In this document: positions 1 through 9,286 of the stretch, piece by piece | How the letters are laid out: each line of letters opens with the position of its first letter | How positions within the stretch are numbered: position 1 is the first letter of the stretch | DNA from: Bacteriovoracaceae bacterium | GTDB lineage: Bacteria; Bdellovibrionota; Bacteriovoracia; Bacteriovoracales; Bacteriovoracaceae | Direction: 5' to 3' | NCBI GenBank assembly: GCA_048270185.1 | Contig: JBLWTJ010000001.1 | Location: 160,001 to 224,000 of the forward strand | Length of the DNA stretch: 64,000 nucleotides | The notes under the pieces: model-generated | The model's database searches: none | Told to the model about the DNA's origin: nothing | The model's input: the letters and a program-made list of their open reading frames with translations, nothing else | Program-made: the position numbers and the translations under genes

Positions 1-2
1 TT

Positions 3-1835
3 GCTAAAACTTATCCTGATGCCGGACTTTCACTTCTAGATTTCAAGCTTTCAGAAAAAAGTAATAATAAGATTATTCACGATTTATACATGTTAAAGCC
101 TCAGATCATTTACGTCGATGTCGATGAAAAAGATCCTAAAGGTAGTGAGCTAGGTATGCTTTTGAAGCGTATCAATTTCTTTAGTCGAATCCCTGTCGTG
201 GCACTTGTTAGCGATTTAAAACAAGTAAAAAAATTAATATCTGTGCACTTTGACTTCGTCTTTGTTAAAGGGGTTGAAACTCATGATGTTGTTCACCACC
301 CGTATAAATTAATTCGGCCAGAGGATGCTGTCTCAGGAGAGTTTGCTCTTGCGAAACTCTCGGATGACATTAAGCTCAAAGAAATTGCTCGTGTAGGTTA
401 CTATGGATTAAGTGCCATGCATGTCGAGGCCAATAATCTCTTAGCTGAAAATACTGTTGTTGAGATTGAGCATGCACTTGATAAAAATCAGATGGCCACA
501 AATTACTTTGTAACACAGAAGATAGGTGACAATAATGTTTACTATGGGGCACGCCACTGGATTGACTTTGAATACCTCTTTGTTGATCCTGCAAAGAAAG
601 AAGATGGAAGCTTTAGCCTAAATGTTGAAGATTTGAATGAAGATACACTTAATAAGAAGGTCATGATTGGCCGGACATTTAAGAAATGGGTCAATGAGAA
701 CTCTTCTTATGGCTCAAGAAAGCGCACAAAACTCTTAATGATCGATCCTGATATGCATTACTTTCAAGAGAGTGATAAGATGATCGATAGTTATGATTTC
801 GTCTTTAGAGTAAATGAGAAATTCAATAATGAATATAAGTATATCGAACGTATTAGGCCTGATATCATTGTTTATTGCTTTCCTGATCCAAATGTTCATG
901 CTCAGGAGGATCAGGTAGAGTTAGAGGAATCCTCAAAAGAAACTAAGACACAAGATTTAAAAAATGAGCTGGATGTCGATACTCTCAAGCAAGAAGCTAA
1001 GAAAATCGAATCAATTGAAGAAGCACAAGATGCTATCTTGAAAGATGCAATCGTACACTTGAAGAATCTTGGCCCAGAGGCTCCATATTTAATTATATTA
1101 AATTGTAAGTCGTACACTTCAATTTCATTTCAACAGAAGTTTAATTATCCTCATGCTCTTGTTAATCCTTCGCGTATTGGAATGAATGTTTTAGCGCAGA
1201 TGATTCATCAGTTAGAAGAAAAGCGTTTAGAAAAAGAAACTTTGGATATTAATTCAAAGATTGCGGCCTTGCGAAAGAAAGACCCAATGAAGTATGCAAA
1301 AGTTAATCGTACTTACTTTGATCCTCCAAAATACTTTGTCAGTAAGAAGTCTGATTTAAGCCACGCTCTGATCTTACGAGACGCAAAGCTTAAGGAAATT
1401 TCTGAATCGATTTGTTTTTTCACAATTGATGAAGAAATTAGTTTTGGAAATTACTACTTAACCCACCCGTTTAATTTTGCCGTTAAAGTAGTTCCTCATG
1501 AAGGTAAGGATAATGTTAAAGAAGGTGATTCTTATAAGTATCTAGGACTTATCCATGCAATTGGTGAAAAAGAAAAGATGCGCCTTAGACAATTTGTAAA
1601 TGATATCTACACTCAGCATAAGAAAGAACAAAGAGAGCAAGAAGAACAGGCCTTAAAAGAGGCCAATGAGAAGTTCTTGCTTGATAAGAAGAAAGCTCAA
1701 GCCGAAGCTCAAACCGAAGCTCAAGAAGACGCCTCTCAAGAAGAGACAAGTACTGAGGGTAATGGGGAAGTAAAGGTTGTAGAAGAGAGCTCCAACGATC
1801 TCGATACCGCTATGAAAGAATTAGATAAAGAGTAG
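3..1835 (+). CDS. Hypothetical protein, 5'-truncated; degenerate receiver-like and PilZ-like segments, acidic C-terminal tail
   Basis: Frame is open from base 3 (AKTYPDAG...) into the 90..1835 ORF. Receiver-like stretches (KLLMIDPD...IRPDIIVY) and a PilZ-like DAKLKEISES segment are weak resemblances only. Confidence 0.6.
   Translation, partial: AKTYPDAGLSLLDFKLSEKSNNKIIHDLYMLKPQIIYVDVDEKDPKGSELGMLLKRINFFSRIPVVALVSDLKQVKKLISVHFDFVFVKGVETHDVVHHPYKLIRPEDAVSGEFALAKLSDDIKLKEIARVGYYGLSAMHVEANNLLAENTVVEIEHALDKNQMATNYFVTQKIGDNNVYYGARHWIDFEYLFVDPAKKEDGSFSLNVEDLNEDTLNKKVMIGRTFKKWVNENSSYGSRKRTKLLMIDPDMHYFQESDKMIDSYDFVFRVNEKFNNEYKYIERIRPDIIVYCFPDPNVHAQEDQVELEESSKETKTQDLKNELDVDTLKQEAKKIESIEEAQDAILKDAIVHLKNLGPEAPYLIILNCKSYTSISFQQKFNYPHALVNPSRIGMNVLAQMIHQLEEKRLEKETLDINSKIAALRKKDPMKYAKVNRTYFDPPKYFVSKKSDLSHALILRDAKLKEISESICFFTIDEEISFGNYYLTHPFNFAVKVVPHEGKDNVKEGDSYKYLGLIHAIGEKEKMRLRQFVNDIYTQHKKEQREQEEQALKEANEKFLLDKKKAQAEAQTEAQEDASQEETSTEGNGEVKVVEESSNDLDTAMKELDKE
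1693..1725 (+). repeat. 12-bp tandem repeat (AAGCTCAARCCG, about 2.7 copies) encoding AQAEAQTEAQE
   Basis: aagctcaagccg aagctcaaaccg aagctcaag read directly. Confidence 0.75.
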
Positions 1836-1947
1836 CTGACCAATACACTCTGACATATCCTATAAAAGATTCTCTTCTTTTCTTACATTCCATGATTTAT
1901 TTTTAAGCCTCCATTAGAATAAAAGAATATTTTCATGGAGGAAGATA

Positions 1948-3159
1948 ATGAGAAATCTAATATTAGCAGTGATGCTATTGGCATCGAGTAATCTACTCGC
2001 ATCTAATTTACAAAACTTCAAAGATAGATTCAGTTTTAAACGTGACGATAACGGAAAGCTTATTGCTGTTCATGACGCTTCGATTAGAACGAAATTTAAG
2101 TTCTCTGAATACGTTGATTTTATCAAGCGCTCTATTCTTAATGAGCAGGCCCTAATGGCCAGTAGTGGTTTAAGCGGTAATTATGAGTCAGATGTTGAAG
2201 GTCTTTTTGTAACAGGAAATGGATTTTTAGGAAATGATTTCCAAACTCAAAAAAATGTAAAAAGAGTTGTTCGTTCGATGCGTGCATTTGAGGGAATTGA
2301 CTTCAATGCTGTTTTTGAAAGTAGTGAATTTAAAGAGCTTATGAATGAATTTGGCTCTAAAATTAAAGAAGCTTTTTACTATATTGATCCTACAATTATT
2401 GCAAAACCAGATATCGCAACTTTCTACTACCGTAAGAATGTTACATATAAAATTGTAAACTGGGCCCTTAATCAAGCTAGAAAACGTATCTCAACTGTTC
2501 CTGCTTTAAATACGGCTTTCTATGTAATTACTGAAGTTGAAAAACTATTTAGAACAAGAAGATTCTATCACCAAAATTTACTTCTTCATTACTTAGAGAC
2601 TGCTAGTCCAGAAGAGTTAGGGCTTACAAAAGAAGAAGCTGATTTAATTTTTTCTTCAATTTATGAGTCAAGAATTGATTGGATTGCATTTTGGGAATCA
2701 AGTAGTGCAAAACTTAGTTGGCCAACTTATGGAACTTCAAAGTTTTATGCAGAATTTAGAATGGCCACAAATCGTCTGAGACAATATAAATCAAAATATA
2801 GTGAAATGGGCGAGAGATTAAATTATGGTTTCCAAGAAGTAACAATCGATGGTGAAAGAGTTATCGTTAATCTTTTTGATGGTAACCATACATTCGATAA
2901 GTCTCCAGCTGTTGCTTACTCATTTGACCGTCCAAGAAGAGTTAAGAGATTAAGAAGTGTATTAACTCTAGCAAGTCTTGGCCTAAGCTTTGTACCACTT
3001 CCTGCAATTATTAAGGATAATGTTGATAGCTTCATTAAGTCATATTACAAAGAACAACAGATCACAGAAGGTGCTCTTGTTGGTTACTTTGAAATGAATG
3101 GGGATCAATTTATGGTTGATGAGATTCGTAAACAGTATTTAAATCCATTTGATTTTTAA
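1948..3159 (+). CDS. Secreted hypothetical protein
   Basis: 403-aa ORF, GGAGG RBS, signal peptide MRNLILAVMLLASSNLLA. Confidence 0.8.
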   Translation: MRNLILAVMLLASSNLLASNLQNFKDRFSFKRDDNGKLIAVHDASIRTKFKFSEYVDFIKRSILNEQALMASSGLSGNYESDVEGLFVTGNGFLGNDFQTQKNVKRVVRSMRAFEGIDFNAVFESSEFKELMNEFGSKIKEAFYYIDPTIIAKPDIATFYYRKNVTYKIVNWALNQARKRISTVPALNTAFYVITEVEKLFRTRRFYHQNLLLHYLETASPEELGLTKEEADLIFSSIYESRIDWIAFWESSSAKLSWPTYGTSKFYAEFRMATNRLRQYKSKYSEMGERLNYGFQEVTIDGERVIVNLFDGNHTFDKSPAVAYSFDRPRRVKRLRSVLTLASLGLSFVPLPAIIKDNVDSFIKSYYKEQQITEGALVGYFEMNGDQFMVDEIRKQYLNPFDF

Positions 3160-3185
3160 AATACAATAAATAAATTGCAATGACT

Positions 3186-3215
3186 AAAAGGCCCTCTAGT
3201 AAGAGGGCCTTTTTT
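3186..3215. terminator. Bidirectional intrinsic terminator
   Basis: AAAAGGCCCTCT-AGTA-AGAGGGCCTTTTTT between convergent genes. Confidence 0.85.
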
Positions 3216-3217
3216 AT

Positions 3218-4726
3218 TTAAGCAGTTCTTTGAATTTTAATCGTTGTGATAATAATAAATATCGTTTGAACGGCAAAGAATGTTCCTAGAAAAATAGCTC
3301 CACCTTGAGAGAAACCGTAAGAATGAAGTCCTGTTGCAAGGATGTAGTTAACACCAAACCATGCCATCATAACACTCATAAACGCTGCTGCAACAAGTGT
3401 GGCAAAGCGAGTATTGGTAATCCAGTTCGTGTACTTTCCATGTAGTATGGCCATATAAATACATAGAACAATCAGTGACCATGTCTCTTTTGGATCCCAT
3501 CCCCAAAAGCGTCCCCAAGAGTAATCGGCCCATACTCCACCAAGGATAATACCTGCTGCAAGCATGATATTACCGTACTTAAGTGTCGTATAGATTAGGT
3601 CATTATAATATGTTTCATCAGCTTCAGAGAAGTCTGAGAAGGCCCTTTTAAAGAGAATCGTATTGGCCAGAATCCAGCTTAGAGCTAGTGCTCCATAGGA
3701 CATGATAATTGTTGTTACGTGTGTACTGAGCCAGAAGTTATCTCTAAGAACTGGTACTAGAGGACTGATTGATGGAGATACCATATTTGTCGCAAACGTA
3801 ATCATCATAAGTGTACAAAGGTTGTAAGCAAGTCCCATGTAGAGATAAGTTTTTTCATTTTTTAAGTGACCTATAATCATTGAGAGAACAAGTCCACCGT
3901 AGCCCGAGAAGATAACTGTCTCATACATATTTGTAATAGGTGCGCGTCCCGAAATATAGACTCTTAATGCAATATAGATTGTTTGAACAATTACAGTAAG
4001 TGTTGCAAGTCCTAGTGAAATATAGAACTTCTTAAAAAGAACTAATGCTGCTAGGCCAATGAGTGTGAGTGCAAAAGCAATACGTGTAAGTTGTAATTTA
4101 TCAAAGAGGAATTCAGTTAAGTACTTATCTCCCTCTATTTGAATATAGTCTGTCTTTGCTTGTTTAAATGCGTCTTGAAATGGAGTTGTTGAAGTTTGCG
4201 CAAACTTATCAACTCTTTCTTTTGTTAGAAAGTCTGTTACGGGAATCCAATTGATTGACTTGTCTGCTTTGAGGGGGATTTGCCAATTGGTTCCACCAGT
4301 AATGTCGTTGTAGAGTTGGATTTTTGAAAGAAGTCGTCCAAGCTCCTTCTTGTAGCCAGATTCTACTTTCTCTTTTTGATAGGCCATGCGGATAGTGACA
4401 TTATGGTCAACTAACTCTTCAAAATCCATTTTCCCATCACTATCAAGTAGGGACTTAGCATCTTTATGCTCGATCTTTGTCGCTATTTTAAAAGGCGTTT
4501 CAAGGCCAAATGCTTTCGCACTTAATAGACAGAATGTTTCGACACTTGTGTGACCTTTTACGGCCTTCTTTCCTGTTAAGTGACCAAGAACTTCCTTCGC
4601 ATGAACTGATAATGGCTTAACTCGTCCATCCTGCCTGATAGGCATTTTTCCCATATCGTTATGGCAGAAATTTAAATTAGCATAAGCACTCGTTACAATA
4701 AAGAAACTTAGAATTAGTTTAAGCAT
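3218..4726 (-). CDS. ccsA: Cytochrome c biogenesis protein CcsA/ResC (system II) with N-terminal periplasmic extension
   Basis: WWD motif WADYSWGRFWGWDPKETW, GRAPITNMYE, WLSTHV, GLHSYG. Start placed at MLKLIL (4726); the ORF track starts at 4750. Confidence 0.9.
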   Translation of the reverse strand: MLKLILSFFIVTSAYANLNFCHNDMGKMPIRQDGRVKPLSVHAKEVLGHLTGKKAVKGHTSVETFCLLSAKAFGLETPFKIATKIEHKDAKSLLDSDGKMDFEELVDHNVTIRMAYQKEKVESGYKKELGRLLSKIQLYNDITGGTNWQIPLKADKSINWIPVTDFLTKERVDKFAQTSTTPFQDAFKQAKTDYIQIEGDKYLTEFLFDKLQLTRIAFALTLIGLAALVLFKKFYISLGLATLTVIVQTIYIALRVYISGRAPITNMYETVIFSGYGGLVLSMIIGHLKNEKTYLYMGLAYNLCTLMMITFATNMVSPSISPLVPVLRDNFWLSTHVTTIIMSYGALALSWILANTILFKRAFSDFSEADETYYNDLIYTTLKYGNIMLAAGIILGGVWADYSWGRFWGWDPKETWSLIVLCIYMAILHGKYTNWITNTRFATLVAAAFMSVMMAWFGVNYILATGLHSYGFSQGGAIFLGTFFAVQTIFIIITTIKIQRTA

Positions 4727-6362
4727 TCTTTTCTCCTGTTGCTCCCTCAAGTCCTAGCATGTCACGTGTTTTCTTTTTTGGCCTATAATTTAGGTAATAG
4801 TGCCAAATACAGCCTAGAACGAGTAGGAGAGATCCTAGATATTTAATCCATCTACCTTGATCAAGATTCACTGAGAATGTTGAGCTGTAGGCACCTGTCT
4901 CAGGGTCCTGAGAATAAGATGCCTGGTAGAAAGTAAACCCATCGTGTTTGAGTGGGTTGTTCATATAGACATGATGTGGTGTTGTTTCACCATTTGTATA
5001 AAGATTAACAAAACTTTCGTAACTTGCCGGTCGATTTGTCCCTGGATCCTTATCCATCTTAAAGCGAGTTAGAGTAAATTCAAAAGGTAGAAGAAATGAT
5101 CTCTTCGTTAAATAGATATTTGTTTTTACCCCGTCAATAAGAACAGAGACAGGCTTATCATCTGTTAGCCAATATTCTTTGTCTCTGACTTGAACTCTTG
5201 CCGCTCTTGTCATTCCTTTGACCAGTCCTCCATTTTGTTGAATTGGAAGTGTCGCAAAAGGAACCATTGTCGGAACAAGATCATCTTCATGCTTTAATAG
5301 TTTTAAGGTAAAGCCCATCCAAGGTAAGTCCATTTCATTCTTTTCATTAAATTTTTGGGATACCCATTTCTTTTCCTGTTTGTCATAAAAAGACGCACTT
5401 TCTCCAAATAGAAAAAGGTGAGCTTTTTCTAGGAATAAGTTTTTAGAAAAGACTCTAATTGGTGCGTTCATGGCCGGTTTTAATTCTTGATCTAAGGCCC
5501 ATGGACTTAAGTCTGGCAGGAATGAGTAGACGCTACCTTGATCCTTGATAACAAAGAATCTTTTGTCTGTTGCAGTTTTCTCGACCTTTATACCCTTGTC
5601 TTCTGTTGTAAAGCATTCTGAAGATCTTGAGTCCCATAGTATTAAGCCGCTTTCGCTTGGTTTACTAAAACATGGAGCTAGTGTCTTTGGAAGATAAGTT
5701 ATGCTTAGAAGGCCCATTGAGAGAGAGGCTTCAAAGTCAAATGCTTCTGGGTGTAGACTTAGAGTGAAGTCTTGGGCGACATTATCATTTGAAATAATGT
5801 AGCTTGATGAGTGAGCATTATCTGAATCTTTATTGTCTTTTGCTGGAAGCCATGTGAGCTTCTTATCGGCAAATGGAATATAGTTTTGAATCTCAACTTC
5901 TTTGTATCGTACGTTGACGTCAGTAGAGAATGCGGCATATGGCAGAGGAAGGATTGCTCTGGTATTTTCTTCCGGACGTGTAATCTCGATTACATCTTCA
6001 TTTAAGACAACTTGTCTCGATGGATTCATCGGGTTTAAGTTAATTGTCCCATCAATACCTGCAATATAAGTTACAAATGAACCAATTCCAATGACGATTA
6101 AACCTGTGTGAATTGTATAGAAACCATAGAGTCTTTTTTTTACTGGAAGTCTAACAAAGGCCGCAAAAAGTATACTTAGTCCCATAAAGAATTGGATGGC
6201 CATAAACCACCACGTTTTATAGATCACACGTGAAACAAAATCAGTACCGTAGTAACTTTCAATAAAAGTCCCCACGACCATGGCCAGTGTAAATAATGAA
6301 ATAATGAAAACTGCAAACTTCATTGAGCCGATCGAACGCTCAAATTTCTTATAATCAATCAT
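4719..6362 (-). CDS. resB: Cytochrome c biogenesis protein ResB/CcsB family
   Basis: N-terminal TMs with GTFIES and a conserved His (IHTG), MNNPLKHDGFTFYQASY, C-terminal TM; adjacent to ccsA. Confidence 0.85.
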   Translation of the reverse strand: MIDYKKFERSIGSMKFAVFIISLFTLAMVVGTFIESYYGTDFVSRVIYKTWWFMAIQFFMGLSILFAAFVRLPVKKRLYGFYTIHTGLIVIGIGSFVTYIAGIDGTINLNPMNPSRQVVLNEDVIEITRPEENTRAILPLPYAAFSTDVNVRYKEVEIQNYIPFADKKLTWLPAKDNKDSDNAHSSSYIISNDNVAQDFTLSLHPEAFDFEASLSMGLLSITYLPKTLAPCFSKPSESGLILWDSRSSECFTTEDKGIKVEKTATDKRFFVIKDQGSVYSFLPDLSPWALDQELKPAMNAPIRVFSKNLFLEKAHLFLFGESASFYDKQEKKWVSQKFNEKNEMDLPWMGFTLKLLKHEDDLVPTMVPFATLPIQQNGGLVKGMTRAARVQVRDKEYWLTDDKPVSVLIDGVKTNIYLTKRSFLLPFEFTLTRFKMDKDPGTNRPASYESFVNLYTNGETTPHHVYMNNPLKHDGFTFYQASYSQDPETGAYSSTFSVNLDQGRWIKYLGSLLLVLGCIWHYYLNYRPKKKTRDMLGLEGATGEKNA

Positions 6363-6457
6363 TGTTAATTTGCCCTTTAGGTTTGTTCAAGTGATAGCAC
6401 ACTCGATAAAGTCAGGCTATGAAATTAACTATTTTTCATGTCAACTCTTTGTAAACT

Positions 6458-7150
6458 TTAGGCTTTTATGAACAAGTAAAGAAGATAGACGATAGAGTAA
6501 AGAATGAGTTGATGCGTTACGTAAATTATAAATGAATGCTTTCCTAGAAATTGAATCCATCTAAGTATTGGCCATTGAGGATAGTCAATTTGATGCCATT
6601 TCAAATGGAAGAAAGTAATGCCAAGTAGGGAGAGTGATACCCAGGGAAAAATTGCAATATAATCCATTGAGGCATGCTCCATTTGAGGAAATGGAATGGC
6701 ATAGGGAGATAACTCGAGGCCTAAAATGATGATTGCCAAGACAAGGCAAGCCCACGGCCTATTTCTAAGTGGTGTTATTAGTATTGTTGAAAAGAAAATA
6801 CAGTGAAGAGTTCCAAAGTAAATCCAATTCTTTGGAAACATAAAATAGGTCGATACTGAGATAATGATGGCCGCAATACCTATCTTTAATAATCTGAAGT
6901 TATAGGCTTTAAAGTTGATCTTAGACGGGTGGGCCATACAGATTGAGACACCAACTGAGAACATAAAGAGGGTAACAATCACTCTTGGAAGATAGAACCA
7001 AAAGCCAGGCCTAAAGAATTCCACATCAACAAAACCAAAGGTATCTAAATCGTATGTAAAATGAAATATGATCATTAAAATAACTGCAATACCGCGTAGT
7101 AGGTCAATTAGATGAAATCGTTTAGTTGTGATTGTATTTTGTTGTGTCAT
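6458..7150 (-). CDS. DUF1624 / heparan-alpha-glucosaminide N-acetyltransferase-like membrane protein
   Basis: RFHLIDLLRGIAVILMIIFHF, FGTLHCI, LGKHSFIIYVTHQ. Confidence 0.8.
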   Translation of the reverse strand: MTQQNTITTKRFHLIDLLRGIAVILMIIFHFTYDLDTFGFVDVEFFRPGFWFYLPRVIVTLFMFSVGVSICMAHPSKINFKAYNFRLLKIGIAAIIISVSTYFMFPKNWIYFGTLHCIFFSTILITPLRNRPWACLVLAIIILGLELSPYAIPFPQMEHASMDYIAIFPWVSLSLLGITFFHLKWHQIDYPQWPILRWIQFLGKHSFIIYVTHQLILYSIVYLLYLFIKA

Positions 7151-7244
7151 AATTCATTATTTTATCATAGTTGTTTTAGGCTGGGTACGCTGTAGTCATT
7201 TGAGGACTTAGCTGTTATCTTATTGTTCTATAAATAAGGATAAT

Positions 7245-7859
7245 ATGGAAATTTCAACAAAGGCCAAAGAATTTATTAAGGGAATTGATACAAGTAAGTT
7301 TGGTCAATATATTTCACCTTTATACTTCGATTCAAGCTTCATGAGTAGTGAAGAGAATGCAGTTGCAAAGAAGGCCCTAGTGTATAGTGCTCTTTCAATT
7401 GTTGCCAAAATCGGTTCACAAGGTCTTTTTAAGATAACTTTTAGAGAAGCAGAAAGCTTTCTGCGAGATGATCCAAGAGAGTCGGCCTGGCCAGGAGTAC
7501 TTGATCTAAAGAAGTGGTTTGAAACAATTTTCTTACAGATACAACGTGAGTACCTGGATAATTTATTAATGAACAATAAAGTCGAATTATGTAACTGGGA
7601 AGAGCTAACTCTGCGTCAAAGAATCGATCAAATGCAAATTATTGTTGAGAATATCAATTCTGCCCTTGATGAGTTGGCCATAGGAAATATTGCACTATTT
7701 AGTGTGGAAGAAAACGAAATAACTTTAGAGGATATGACACAGTTTGTAGGCCTTAGGCCTCTAAGTGCTAATGAAGTTAAAGAACTTGTATTTGAATGTT
7801 TGGCCAAGTATATAAACTTTAGTTGTCAAAGCAAGAGGATAAAATTAGTTGCGCAGTGA
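7245..7859 (+). CDS. Hypothetical protein (weak NifU-like resemblance)
   Basis: 204-aa ORF with AAGGA RBS. Confidence 0.6.
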   Translation: MEISTKAKEFIKGIDTSKFGQYISPLYFDSSFMSSEENAVAKKALVYSALSIVAKIGSQGLFKITFREAESFLRDDPRESAWPGVLDLKKWFETIFLQIQREYLDNLLMNNKVELCNWEELTLRQRIDQMQIIVENINSALDELAIGNIALFSVEENEITLEDMTQFVGLRPLSANEVKELVFECLAKYINFSCQSKRIKLVAQ

Positions 7860-7957
7860 TTGTTAAGCAGTTAATATTATAGAGCTATACGATTAAGAAA
7901 ATTAAGAATTATAAATATCATACAAAATAACTAAAATATAAAGAAAGAGGAATAAAA

Positions 7958-8260
7958 ATGAAGTCTATCGCCCTAGCACTTATCACACTTGGCGTATTTT
8001 CAATGAGCAATGTTCAGGCTCAAAGCGTATCAAATGGTAAATCACTTTATGGTAAATGTGTACTTTGTCACGGTGCTGATGGGTTAGGTAAGAAGTCTCA
8101 AAATGCTCCTCGTTTAGCTGGTCAGTTTGACTGGTATATTTATTCATCACTTGTTCAATTTAAAAATGGTGAAAGAACAAACGCAGTTATGTTACCATAT
8201 ATCAAGAATCTGAAAGATTCAGATTTCAAAGATCTTGCAGCGTATATTTCTACTCTTTAA
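7958..8260 (+). CDS. Class I monoheme cytochrome c (c553/c4-like)
   Basis: Signal peptide, CVLCH heme motif, PRLAGQ, distal Met in NAVM. Confidence 0.92.
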   Translation: MKSIALALITLGVFSMSNVQAQSVSNGKSLYGKCVLCHGADGLGKKSQNAPRLAGQFDWYIYSSLVQFKNGERTNAVMLPYIKNLKDSDFKDLAAYISTL

Positions 8261-8306
8261 GGTCATAACAAAAGTTATATTAAAACTTATTTACTAGGAA
8301 GGAATC

Positions 8307-8768
8307 ATGGTAAAGGCCATTACATTAGGCGAGTTAAGTTTTGAGTCAGTTTCATCTCAAAAAAGTGTTAAAGACGTTTACGACTACAATGTCGAGGCTT
8401 TCTCTGATAGCCCTGATTTTAAGTGGACACTAGACGATATTAAGAAAGAGTTATCAGATGGATGGCAACTTTACTCTGTGAAGTTATCTAGTGAAATCAT
8501 CGCGGCCGCTTTCGTTAAGAAAGAAGGCGATAAGCTTCTTTGTAAGAATACATCAATTAAAATGCAACATAGTGGAAGTGGTTTTTCACATCGTATAATG
8601 GACTTCTTTGAGCAAGCAGCTCGTGAGTTTAAAGCGAAAGAAATTGTTCATTTTTGTTCAATTGATAATTTCAGACAATATTCTTTAAATGAAAGTCATG
8701 GTTATCAAAAGACTTCACGTCGACTTGGCAATAATGGCCATACGACTGAATGGATTAAACAACTTTAA
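8307..8768 (+). CDS. GNAT family N-acetyltransferase
   Basis: Motif A-like QHSGSGFS and motif B-like DNFRQYSLNESHGY; 153 aa. Confidence 0.7.
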   Translation: MVKAITLGELSFESVSSQKSVKDVYDYNVEAFSDSPDFKWTLDDIKKELSDGWQLYSVKLSSEIIAAAFVKKEGDKLLCKNTSIKMQHSGSGFSHRIMDFFEQAAREFKAKEIVHFCSIDNFRQYSLNESHGYQKTSRRLGNNGHTTEWIKQL

Positions 8769-8774
8769 GTTTAT

Positions 8775-9275
8775 CTAATTTGATTCAACAGGATAAAATC
8801 TTGTTGTTAGGGGAGACTCGTAATGAGTCTTTCCCCAACTCTTTTCAATTCGTCCACTTTTGTTATCAACTAGAATTTTAAATGATCTTCTAAAGCCTTC
8901 TTTATTGTAGTTAACGGCGTAGATACTTTTCTCTGTTATTTTTAATCTCTTAAGTATTTTAAAATCACTTTGTGCTAGGGTTGGGACAGCACTTTTAACT
9001 TTATCAATTACTTTTATATCTTCTTTCGTTAATTGAATTGCAACTACCTTTGCTATATCATTTGATCCTTTTGTCGTCGGTGCCGAATGATTGGAAACTG
9101 AAGCAATATGTCTGTGATTATGTTTCTTTTGAACTGGCCTAAATTTCTTCTTAGGCGCATCTTCGCCCTGATGAATTTGATAGTCATGCTTCGCTGTGCT
9201 CTCTTGGGTTTGATATGAAGAAATAATAAATAAACCTGATATGAGAATACTTGCTACAACAATATACTTTTTCAT
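8775..9275 (-). CDS. Membrane-anchored or secreted protein with PepSY-like C-terminus
   Basis: N-terminal hydrophobic segment; YAVNY...FKILVDNKSGRI resembles the PepSY pattern Y.V...VDA.TG.I. Confidence 0.55.
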   Translation of the reverse strand: MKKYIVVASILISGLFIISSYQTQESTAKHDYQIHQGEDAPKKKFRPVQKKHNHRHIASVSNHSAPTTKGSNDIAKVVAIQLTKEDIKVIDKVKSAVPTLAQSDFKILKRLKITEKSIYAVNYNKEGFRRSFKILVDNKSGRIEKSWGKTHYESPLTTRFYPVESN

Positions 9276-9286
9276 ATGGCCTGGCC

